Made by a program: the position numbers and the translations under genes. The notes beneath the pieces are model-generated. The model had not been told where the DNA came from. It searched no databases and saw only the letters and a program-made list of their open reading frames with translations. Shown piece by piece: positions 1-8,128 of a stretch of 27,262 nucleotides of DNA (the stretch's first letter is position 1; every line of letters starts with the position of its first letter). This DNA comes from an uncultured Deferribacteres bacterium (GTDB lineage Bacteria > Zhuqueibacterota > Zhuqueibacteria > Zhuqueibacterales > Geothermadaptataceae): NCBI GenBank assembly GCA_964014485.1, contig CAXHAT010000102.1, forward strand, positions 1-27,262. The letters are read 5' to 3'.

Positions 1-51
1 TCATCGCCGGAAAACTCGAATTCGATTACCCACACAAATTCATATAGAGCC
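1..51 (+). mobile_element. Right end of an ISL3-family IS (last transposase codons plus terminal inverted repeat); element continues off the left edge
   Basis: Frame 3-47 reads IAGKLEFDYPHKFI* (TAG 45-47), like ISL3 transposase C-termini (IY..xGKLxFDYP). The end read on the minus strand is GGCTCTATATGAATTTGTG, an ISL3-type GGCTCT terminus, followed by AT-rich DNA. Confidence 0.7.
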
Positions 52-260
52 AAAAAATTTTATCGTCGTAAATGATAAAACAACGTCTTTGTCAATGACA
101 CTACAAATTTTTATGCTAAGAAAATAATGAACATTACTCATCAGTTACTTATGACAATGTAACAATACTTCACAAAAAAGCTATGAGGGAAATGGACAAA
201 TTTGGTAATAAGGGACTCAAAAACCTGTGCGTATTCAGATTACACATTTACGCCAAATAC

Positions 261-1184
261 TCAAATGGATGGGTTGCAAGAATCTCTCTGCGCAACTATG
301 AAGTCCGTCCGGTAAACCGAATGTTCATAGAGATGGTCGGGTTTGTTTAGACAACTTTTATCGTTTCTTAAGTGATGGTTGCCATAGTTTAGGCCGCCTA
401 CCTCGGCAGGCGGCCTGACTCGGTAAAAATGCCGAGTTATCCTTTGTGTTGGGGGCGTGACCACGCCGCCCTGAGGCGTCCCACGGTGAGACCGCTTGGC
501 ACGATTGGTTCGTTGTAAACCCGTATCCGTCCGTTCGACAACCGAAACTTCAAGCCATCGCTTGATTTGCTCCAAGACTTTCTTATCTGATATCCGCCTG
601 GCGAGACTCTTCAACAGCGGACCATGCGGGATGGTGTTAAAATAATCCTGCAAATCCGTGTCGACAATCTCGGTCAAAGAGCGTTGCGTCACGTGAAAAT
701 AGACTTGGCGAACCGCCATCTTCGCATCCATGCGGGGCCGGAAACCATATTGGTTACGGCAAAGATCCGCTTCGAAAACAGCGGTCAGCACTAACGTCAT
801 TGCCATTTGAGCAACACGATCCCGGATACAGGGAATACCCAGAGGCCTGAGCTTGCCGTTGGCTTTCGGTATCCACTCTCGTCTGAGGGGCTGCGCGCGG
901 TATGTACCGTCACGCAACTCAACTTGGAGCTGAGCCAGCCAGAGATGCAAATCTTGAGACTCGATCTCGGCAAATGTTTCACCGTCGATACCCGGGCTGC
1001 CGGCGTTGGCGCGGCAGCGCTGATACGCCGTCCATAGGACGTCCCGGCGATAAATCTTGTCCCAAAGACTATAGAGTCGATAAGCCGGCTCCGCCTTAGC
1101 TTTCACATACAATGTACACTGTAACTTCCGAACTTTTTCTTGCGGGGTTAATAGGCTATTGGCCAATCCCCGGGTTCTTGCCAC
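261..1184 (-). pseudogene. ltrA: Group II intron reverse transcriptase/maturase, C-terminally truncated (class E-like)
   Basis: RT0-RT4 motifs are present (KVRKLQ..LYVKAK, SPGIDG, IPKANGKLRPLGIP..RDRVAQ, QYGFRP, DLQDYFNTIPH, GTPQGG). Homology stops at about 452-460; there is no YADD, thumb or X domain, and the last ~60 aa are unrelated read-through. Confidence 0.9.
391..437 (-). repeat. Two adjacent GC-rich hairpins just beyond the RT breakpoint
   Basis: AGGCCGCCT-N8-AGGCGGCCT (391-416) and ACTCGG-N8-CCGAGT (418-437). Confidence 0.7.
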
Positions 1185-1673
1185 TTTGTTACACTCCTTC
1201 TGAACAAGGGTTCCTTTTCTCCACCGGAATTACCCGACTTCATTGATACTACAAACCCATCCGCCACCTGCCCATGCCAAAATTCGCCTTCACAGGCATT
1301 TGTTTGCAAGATACCGTCATATCTCTTTGCATAGACAGGCTTCCCCTGTTGCGGACAAGTCCCATTTCTGTGCGTCCCGTCACCACTACCCCCGTGGCAT
1401 CGCAGGTTTCATATGTTGCTCAATCCACCCACGATAACAGTTTTCCCCGTTATTATGGCGGGTCAACTGCCACAGTACACGATCTCGAGGCCTGCTCAGT
1501 GTTCGCTGCACGCTACAGCCCGCACAGTCGCTGACTCCTTAAAAGAGCCGTTTCTTTGAATACTTCAGCCCATTCGTTACCTCCTGAACTGCTCCAAAGC
1601 GCTTCCGGTCGGAGCAACAGTTTACCGGGTGGGATTTACACCCACTGAACTTGTACACCTTAGCAGGGCGTAC
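452..1673 (-). mobile_element. Group II intron 5' fragment (ribozyme 5' domains plus partial RT); domains V/VI absent
   Basis: Minus strand begins GTACGCCC at 1673 (GUGYG-like 5' end). About 490 nt of structured leader follows (GGGTGTAAATCCC, GAGGTAAC, GACCCGCC..GGGGAAAAC), then the RT ORF. Confidence 0.8.
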
Positions 1674-2047
1674 ATAGCAATCTCGTGGAAAAGCGAAGCT
1701 TGCAGAAAGTCGCAAATGCGATCCGCTCTGTCGCGCTTGGGTGTAAAAATTACCTCATCGTCGGAACACCCGCTGGGGCCGAACGCGCCGCTACACTCTT
1801 TTTTGCAGCCGCGAAGGGAAATGGTATGGAACCGTTTGAATGGCTGACGTTCTCGCCCATCATCCCTGTAAAAAGCTCACGTAGCTCCTGCCGGAAAGCT
1901 GGAAACCCGATTAGTCGACAAAAGTCAGCTTAAAAAGACAATTGCAAGACGGGTTCACTTGGCACTTTTACAGGTGAGTCACCTAGAAAACGCAAACCGC
2001 ATATGTGGAATTCAATATAAAAATAGAAGGGTTCATCGGACGCTTAC
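1674..2047 (+). mobile_element. IS66-family remnant: 3' end of tnpC (1674-1933, degenerate) plus right terminal IR
   Basis: Translation (D)SNLVE...NAIRSVALGCKNYLIVGTPAGAERAA..AKGNGMEPFEWL matches the IS66 TnpC C-terminus. GGACGCTTAC at 2038-2047 is the reverse complement of the GTAAGCGTCC-type IS66 end. A degenerate second copy lies at about 1951-1971. Confidence 0.85.
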
Positions 2048-2162
2048 GTTCGTTTACGGGGTATGATTATTGTCGTAGATTGTCCAGAATTGCCCCCGGA
2101 GGAATATAAAAAAGGGAATCAAAGCTGATTCCATTGTGTCGTAAAAACAAGCGTTTACGTAA

Positions 2163-2212
2163 GTCGGGAGGCGGATTTGAACCCCCGACCTTCGGAATAT
2201 GAACCAACGAGC
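2163..2212 (-). pseudogene. Degenerate 3' fragment of tRNA-Met(CAT), probable att-site relic
   Basis: Minus strand GCTCGTTGGTTCATATTCCGAAGGTCGGGGGTTCAAATCCGCCTCCCGAC parallels initiator tRNA from the D-stem through the T-arm (GGTTCAAATCC). No 5' part and no CCA. Confidence 0.65.
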
Positions 2213-2305
2213 AGAATCGGTCAGTCGAAAGCATGCGATCTATATGCTTAATCTGGCAGATCGCCAAGAAACTAAAGGCAATAATTTACGCCTTGATTCT
2301 GTCGA

Positions 2306-2348
2306 GTGCCATTTTAGTGCCGTTCTCCGTACCATTTGGTACCACTAA
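2306..2348. repeat. Four short direct repeats (GTRCCRYT), possible integrase arm-type sites
   Basis: GTGCCATT (2306), GTGCCGTT (2317), GTACCATT (2329), GTACCACT (2339), spaced 10-12 bp apart. Confidence 0.45.
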
Positions 2349-2700
2349 ATCCCCTTTCGGATACAGTTCACTCGGGCAAAAAAATAGCCCTAACCTCTCC
2401 TAAATTCAAGAAATTAAGGCTCATAGACAACTTTGGTTTTTGGGGCTGCTGGCTTATCCCCCAGTCAAGTGTCGCTAAAGTTGAATTCAATCTGAGAAAA
2501 TAAAGAAGGGAAGAGAAGTCGTATTTAGCCGCCTTCCCACTTAAGCAATATTTAAGCAAACTGATTCGAAAATAATGAAAATAGGGTGAAACAATGGAAA
2601 ATTGCGACCCTATTTCGCTAACCCTTACTCGTTACATATTCACTGTTTTTAAAGGATTTAAGCAAGAAAGGACTCTGGCGGAACGGCTACGGACAAGAGT

Positions 2701-2740
2701 TTTAGGAAACCGACGCTCTATCCACCTGAGCTATAGGGGC
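2701..2740 (-). pseudogene. Isolated 5' half of tRNA-Arg(CCT), broken just after the anticodon loop (att core)
   Basis: Minus strand GCCCCTA-TA-GCTC-AGGTGGATA-GAGC-G-TCGGT-TTCCTAA-A. The expected 3' anticodon strand ACCGA and the T-arm are absent. Confidence 0.85.
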
Positions 2741-2809
2741 AAGTTTTTTGTTTTCAATAACCTAACACTCTATCAATTCATCGCGCGTGTTTGTCATTTC
2801 AGGAGTATT

Positions 2810-3804
2810 TCAGGAATTCCGCTGACAAGTCATCTCTGCAAGCTTATTAACTGCGCGTTGCTTATGATCAGGAGAAAGGTGGCTGTACCGCATCACCATT
2901 TCTAGTGATTTCCACCCTCCAAGCTCCATGATTGTATATGGATCAACGCCCAATTTCATCAGGTGACTTGCAAACATGTGTCTCATAGCATGTGGCGTGG
3001 CCGGTGCTATGCCTGCACGCCGACACGTGTTCTTGAACGCTTTTGTGATTCTATGATACGGTCGCCCGTCACGATTCACAAAAACATATTCCGAAGTTCG
3101 TTTCTGCATTCGCAACGCCTGCTTCCACTTCGCATTCATCATGATTTTGCGATATTCATTTGTTTTCGATTCTTCGACGGTGATGTAATTCGTCGCAAAG
3201 TCAATTTGATGTTCAACAATTCACTGATCCTCATGCCGGTGTTGATGCCGATTAGCAAGATCGCCTTTATCCTTCCGCTGCTTACCGCAAGAAATTTTTC
3301 GATTTCTGCTTCTGAAAACCACCGAAAGTTTTTCTTGGGCTCACGAAAGAATTCGATGCCTTGCACGGGATTGCTTTGTGCATAGTCCCATGTCATCGCA
3401 AGGTTGAACATCCTTTTCAAGCAAGCAACTTCCCTGTTGACTGTTGAACTGGAAACCGCCTTGACCCGAACACGCTTGTAACGCTCCACATCAATGCTTG
3501 AAATGTCTGAAATGTCCTTTTTGCCAATGAACTGAACGAGATGTCCGACAAGGGTAACGTCTCTGCTGTAGCTTCTTTTATTCGCTTTTGACCATTCGAG
3601 GAATTCATCTGCTAATGCATTAAACGGCATCCGCTTCGCTGCTTTGATTTCACTTTTCTCTCTGAGAAAATCAGCCTTTCGCGTTGCCGCAATTTGCTTA
3701 GCAAGCGTCTTGTTCTTGGTCCGCGTGCTGCCTTCGACTTTTTTGCCGTGTATCGTGTAGCTGAAGTACCAATAGGGAGAACCCGCGCGTCTATAAACAC
3801 TCAT
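2810..3804 (-). pseudogene. Phage-type tyrosine integrase, frameshifted near 3205
   Basis: N-terminal arm-binding-like region (YWYFSYTIHGKKVEGST), STVNREVACLKRMF and TGMRISEL. A second frame continues IDFATNYITVEESKT...HAMRH...LGGWKS...RYSHL (R-K-HxxR-W-Y set). RBS AAGGAG precedes the ATG. Confidence 0.9.
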
Positions 3805-3899
3805 GGTGTCTCCTTATTGAGTACGCATATTTTTAAAGATTTCTGACAAGAGAAGCAACACTTTTTAAGTGAGGAAGTATTGCTTTGCCGGACCAGCTC

Positions 3900-3984
3900 T
3901 GGAATATCAATAATTTCATCAAAATGGTTCACTTCATCGCCGAAAAACTCGAATTCGATTACACGCACAAATTCATATAGAGCC
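3900..3984 (+). mobile_element. Second, truncated ISL3 right-end remnant
   Basis: Reads NINNFIKMVHFIAEKLEFDYTHKFI* then AGCC. 3934-3986 is 50/53 identical to 1-53. Confidence 0.7.
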
Positions 3985-4066
3985 AACTTTTTAACTGATG
4001 TTACGCGCAGCAAAGCATTTCTGAAGCCAAACCGAAAACAGCGCCTCATTGCGGCTCGTTCCCTTA

Positions 4067-4204
4067 CTCCGGTTTCGAGCCAAAGTATACTCGAAACTGG
4101 AGTTTCGAGTGCAATTGTGCTCCCAATCCAGAGATTGGGAGCGAGAATTTGGGCGTCCCGAAATTAGGTTGACAGTAGTGCGCCTCTGCGAAATGAGGTT
4201 GACA
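4067..4204. promoter_or_regulatory. Cluster of palindromes and direct repeats upstream of the secretion cluster
   Basis: ACTCGAAACT-GG-AGTTTCGAGT (4089-4110); GCTCCCAATC-CAGA-GATTGGGAGC (4119-4142); CGAAAT(T/G)AGGTTGACA twice (4159-4174, 4189-4204). Confidence 0.5.
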
Positions 4205-4259
4205 AACGGTTGCTGTATTATGAAGCTGGCGCGTAATATCAGTTTTTAAAATATTTTTC

Positions 4260-4287
4260 TTGACAAAATAACGACTTTTTGTAGACT
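4260..4287 (+). promoter_or_regulatory. Candidate sigma70 promoter for the secretion cluster
   Basis: TTGACA-N16-TAGACT, about 220 bp upstream of the probable gspE start. Confidence 0.4.
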
Positions 4288-4506
4288 GCTGTTGTCGCAG
4301 AAAATAGATCAATACTTTAAGCGGCGACAGGCATTCGAATTCGGGGCGATTTATAAATGCGGGTTGAATGACACTCCAGTCACTCAAGATTCTATTCGTA
4401 ACTATTGCTTAATTTTTCCAACTTTCTTTTGCCTTTGCGGCTTGTTTTTTTGTATTTAAAGCAGATATTTTCACGGAAAAACAGTATCCAGCACGATTTA
4501 TGCGCA

Positions 4507-6051
4507 ATGGACTGCACAAATATAGGGGCGTTGTCGTTTTTCAATCGGGAATTTGCTCGGAAACGTCACGCAGTGCCGGTCTCGGAAAACGGACAAAACC
4601 TCGTCGTTTTTACGTCTCTGACGGATTTCAGCGCGTTGCGCGACGATTTGTCGTTTCTCTGGGGAAGGCCGGTCGAAATCATCCATATGCCGGACGATGA
4701 AATCGAACTGAAAATCGCCATGTATTTTGATGAAGCGCTCACCGCCGAAAGCGGCCAGTCCGAGCAGGAAAATTTAACAACGTTCCAGCATCAAAACGCA
4801 ATTTCTTTCAATGAATCCAGACCCGGCGGTGCGTCGGCGTCAACGGTTGATTTTGTTGACGCCATGATCTCTCGCGCAGTCAATCAGCGCGCCAGCGACA
4901 TACATGTTGAGGTCTATGAGAAAAGTTTTCGCGTGCGCTTCCGTATCGACGGGGTTCTGCAAGAAGTTGAACATTTTCGGGCGCAGGTTCGGCAGCGACA
5001 AGCGATCATCTCGCGCTTGAAAATCATGGCCGATCTCGATATCGCCGAAAAACGTCGCCCGCAAGACGGACGCATCCGCGTCGAGCAAGGCGACCGGCGC
5101 ATCGACATTCGCGTTTCAACCCTGCCGTCGAGCTTTGGCGAAAAAGTCGTTTTACGCGTTCTAGATAAATCGCAATTGCGCCTCGATTTTGCCAATATCG
5201 GCATATCCGGTGGCTTGCTTTCCATCTACAAGGAAGCGATTTCCGCATCACACGGAATCGTGCTCGTCACCGGGCTGACGGGCAGCGGCAAGACCACGAC
5301 GCTGTACGCGACGCTGAACCATCTCAACTCGCCGGAAATTAATATTCTTACCATTGAAGATCCTGTTGAATACAATCTGGACGGCATTAATCAAAGCCAG
5401 GTTAAGCCGGAGATCGATTACACCTTTGCCAACGCCTTGCGCGCCTTTCTACGGCAAGATCCGGATGTGATTATGGTCGGCGAGATTCGCGACGAAGAGA
5501 CCGCCGAAATCGCCGTACGTGCTGCGCTGACCGGCCATCTTGTCTTTAGCACTTTGCACACCAACGACGCAGTTTCGACCCTGACGCGCTTGTTGGACAT
5601 GGGTGTCGAGCCGTACCTGATCGCTTCGTCCGTACGCATGATTGTTGCTCAACGCTTGTTGCGGCGGCTTTGTCGGCGCTGCAAGCAAGAAGTCGATCTC
5701 ACTGACAGCCAATCGCCGCAAGAAATCCTGGTGTCGGACGACGAATCCAGGGATTTTACAGATTTAGCCGCACTGGGGATCAAAGCTTCCGAGCTGAATG
5801 GGGAGGCGCAGATTTATAAAAACGCCGGTTGCGAGCAATGCAGCCAAACCGGTTATTCCGGCCGTCGGGCGGTGTATGAAATGCTGCCGATCACGCCGCA
5901 AATGACTGAATTGATCGCCAACCACGTCGGCGAAGAAGCTTTGCGAAGCCAACCTAAAAAACAGGGGATGCGAACGCTGCGCGAAGCCGCAACAGCGCTT
6001 TTTTTATCAGGGGAAACCGCTTTTTCCGAAGTTTTACGCACGACCAATTAA
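4507..6051 (+). CDS. gspE: GspE/PilB-family secretion/pilus extension ATPase
   Basis: ASDIHVE, RFRIDG, DIAEKRRPQDGR, Walker A GLTGSGKTT, TIEDPVEY, LRQDPDVIMVGEIRD, TGHLVFSTLHTN and the CxxC...CxxC zinc site. ATG 4507 preferred over TTG 4405 (start uncertain). Confidence 0.95.
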   Translation: MDCTNIGALSFFNREFARKRHAVPVSENGQNLVVFTSLTDFSALRDDLSFLWGRPVEIIHMPDDEIELKIAMYFDEALTAESGQSEQENLTTFQHQNAISFNESRPGGASASTVDFVDAMISRAVNQRASDIHVEVYEKSFRVRFRIDGVLQEVEHFRAQVRQRQAIISRLKIMADLDIAEKRRPQDGRIRVEQGDRRIDIRVSTLPSSFGEKVVLRVLDKSQLRLDFANIGISGGLLSIYKEAISASHGIVLVTGLTGSGKTTTLYATLNHLNSPEINILTIEDPVEYNLDGINQSQVKPEIDYTFANALRAFLRQDPDVIMVGEIRDEETAEIAVRAALTGHLVFSTLHTNDAVSTLTRLLDMGVEPYLIASSVRMIVAQRLLRRLCRRCKQEVDLTDSQSPQEILVSDDESRDFTDLAALGIKASELNGEAQIYKNAGCEQCSQTGYSGRRAVYEMLPITPQMTELIANHVGEEALRSQPKKQGMRTLREAATALFLSGETAFSEVLRTTN

Positions 6052-6181
6052 GGGAAGACGGTCTGCTCAGGCTCAGGGGACGGGGCCTTGACCGTGATTT
6101 CCGAACGTACGCATGAGCCGTTCCGGCATTTGGAACGGCAAGTCACAATGAACGTTTTTATATCGCTCGAAGGAGGCGAAG

Positions 6182-8128
6182 ATGTCGTCGTGCGTCAGCA
6201 GCGAACCGGTTTTCCGCCGTCCGGTCGGGAAATCGATGCAAATGGTTCGATTGTTTTTTGCAATCGCCCTGTTCGTTTTTTTGACAAATTCCGTTTCACT
6301 CGCCCAGAGTTCGCCGCCGGATTCGACCGCGGTTCGAGCCGACTCGCTCCGTCTCCCGTCAAACGCCCTGGCCCGCATCGAACTGCTGGACTTTAAAAAC
6401 GCCGACTTGAAAGACGTCGTGCGTGGGCTGGCGGCAAAATACAATCTCAACGTTTTTGTCGACAATGCGGTAAACCGGCGCATCACCATCCGCCTCGCTG
6501 ACCTGCGTGTGATCGACGCCCTGCGCTTTCTGATCAAAGAGCACGATCTGCGCCTGACCTTGAGCGACGGCGTGTTCCGCATCTTTCCGCCGCCCGAGCC
6601 TGAGCCCGTCGTTCCACCCGTCAGCGTTTCGGTCGAAAACGGCTTGCTGTCGGTCGATTTCAATGATGTCGACGTCGGGCGGGTCATTCGTCTGATCGCT
6701 GAACGGAGCGGCGAAAGTCTGCTGGTCGGGCGCGGCGTTGAAGGTAAAATTTCCGGCTTTCTGCAAAACGTGCCGTTTGAGCGCGGCCTGCAAAGCCTGT
6801 TCGCAAGCAACAGTTTTCAATTGCGGGAGAAAGACGGCGTCTTCAGCATCGAACGCCAGACCTTTTCCGGCGAAGAAAAAGGCGACGCCCGGCGCAATCT
6901 CTGGATCAGTATTGAAGACAGCTTGATCACTCTCGACGTGAGCGGCGTTCCTCTCGGTCGCATCATTCGCGAAATTTCCGCCCAGTCCAATCTGGATTTT
7001 TTCATTTATGGCAAGATCGAAGGTCTGGTCACGGCGCGCTGCCACCGCGCCTCGCTGGCAAATGCACTCAACTACTTGTTTAAAGGCACAAAGTACACCT
7101 GGCGGCGCGAAGGGCGCGTGGTTTTCGTCGGCAATCGCGAAGTCGCCGGCATCGCTTCGATGAAATTGATCCGCCTCGAACATATCAAGGCGGACGGCGT
7201 TCTTGAACTATTGCCGCGCGAATTGACCGAGCAAGCCAACATTGAAGTCGTAAAAGAGCACAACGGCGTCATGATCGTCGGCGCACGCGAAGTGATTCAT
7301 GAGCTGGAAACGTTCATGCGCGAAATCGATCATCCCATCGCGCAGATTTTTTTCGAAGTGCTGGTCGTCGATTATCTGCGCTCGTCGATCAGCGATTACG
7401 GCATAACCGTCGGCGAGAGCAAGGAGGCCGCGCCGCAATCGGCGGCCAATTTTTATTATCCGTTCATCGACGGCGTTTACTCGGCTAATCGAGCTAACAA
7501 GGCGCTGGACAAGATAGCGTCCGCTTTTGGTCTGGCAAAAATTGTGACTTTGCCGGATGATTTTTTCGTTCAAATTCACGCCCTTTCACAGGCCGGGCGC
7601 GCCAAAATTCGCTCTCAGCCGCAAATCGCCACCTTGAGCGGCCATCCCGCCAACATCAAAATCGGTACAACGCAATACTACTTGCTCGAAACCGAGAATC
7701 CTGTTGTTGGAGCAAATCAGGTTTTCAATCAGGTGTCGCAGCGTTTCGAGACCATTTCGGCGGACATCAGCCTGACCGTGACGCCTTGGGTCAGCGCCGG
7801 CGGCGAAATTACTGTCGAGATTCAGCCGGAATTTAACACGCCGCAAGGTCAGCTCGATCCCAACATTCCGCCAACCATCAACAGCCGTTCGCTAAACTCG
7901 ACGGTTAAGCTGCGTGACGGCGAGACGATTATCTTGGGCGGTTTGCAGGAAACGGTTGAATCGCTAACCATTTCTAAACTGCCTGTCCTGGGCAGCATCC
8001 CGCTGCTCGGGCGCGTTTTCCAGAACCGCAAAAAAGAGAAACAACAGACCGATCTTATCATTTATATCACGCCGCATCTTTACTTTCCCGGGAAAGGGAA
8101 CTATATGCCTGAAGGAGTGATAAAATGA
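6182..8128 (+). CDS. gspD: Outer-membrane secretin (GspD/PilQ family)
   Basis: Signal peptide, several STN/N0-like repeats (LDFKNADLKDV, VDFNDVDVGRV, LDVSGVPLGRI) and a C-terminal secretin signature (VKLRDGETIILGGL...KLPVLGSIPLLGRVF...LIIYITPH). RBS AGGAGG before 6182; alternative start 6236. Confidence 0.95.
   Translation: MSSCVSSEPVFRRPVGKSMQMVRLFFAIALFVFLTNSVSLAQSSPPDSTAVRADSLRLPSNALARIELLDFKNADLKDVVRGLAAKYNLNVFVDNAVNRRITIRLADLRVIDALRFLIKEHDLRLTLSDGVFRIFPPPEPEPVVPPVSVSVENGLLSVDFNDVDVGRVIRLIAERSGESLLVGRGVEGKISGFLQNVPFERGLQSLFASNSFQLREKDGVFSIERQTFSGEEKGDARRNLWISIEDSLITLDVSGVPLGRIIREISAQSNLDFFIYGKIEGLVTARCHRASLANALNYLFKGTKYTWRREGRVVFVGNREVAGIASMKLIRLEHIKADGVLELLPRELTEQANIEVVKEHNGVMIVGAREVIHELETFMREIDHPIAQIFFEVLVVDYLRSSISDYGITVGESKEAAPQSAANFYYPFIDGVYSANRANKALDKIASAFGLAKIVTLPDDFFVQIHALSQAGRAKIRSQPQIATLSGHPANIKIGTTQYYLLETENPVVGANQVFNQVSQRFETISADISLTVTPWVSAGGEITVEIQPEFNTPQGQLDPNIPPTINSRSLNSTVKLRDGETIILGGLQETVESLTISKLPVLGSIPLLGRVFQNRKKEKQQTDLIIYITPHLYFPGKGNYMPEGVIK

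Noticed and set aside
261..1184. Retron, Abi or other novel RT system
   Set aside because: Clear group II intron leader and RT0 motif; no YADD, so it is catalytically incomplete.
2368..2559. Possible IS4-like transposase C-terminal remnant (LLKY...LRLN)
   Set aside because: Resemblance is too short and upstream conserved motifs are missing.
1..3986. 53-bp near-identical repeat near an RT as a DGR TR/VR pair, attL/attR, or the leader of a second integrase
   Set aside because: Mismatches are not confined to adenines of one copy, the RT is group II intron type, and the repeat is explained as an ISL3 transposase tail plus IR.
3801..4049. 82-aa ORF overlapping the integrase start as an excisionase
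   Set aside because: No HTH pattern; largely the antisense of the ISL3 remnant.
4226..4242. Sigma54 promoter TGGCGCG upstream of gspE
   Set aside because: The -12 position is CA rather than GC.
6053..6180. c-di-GMP riboswitch in the gspE-gspD spacer
   Set aside because: Lacks the class I and class II consensus elements.
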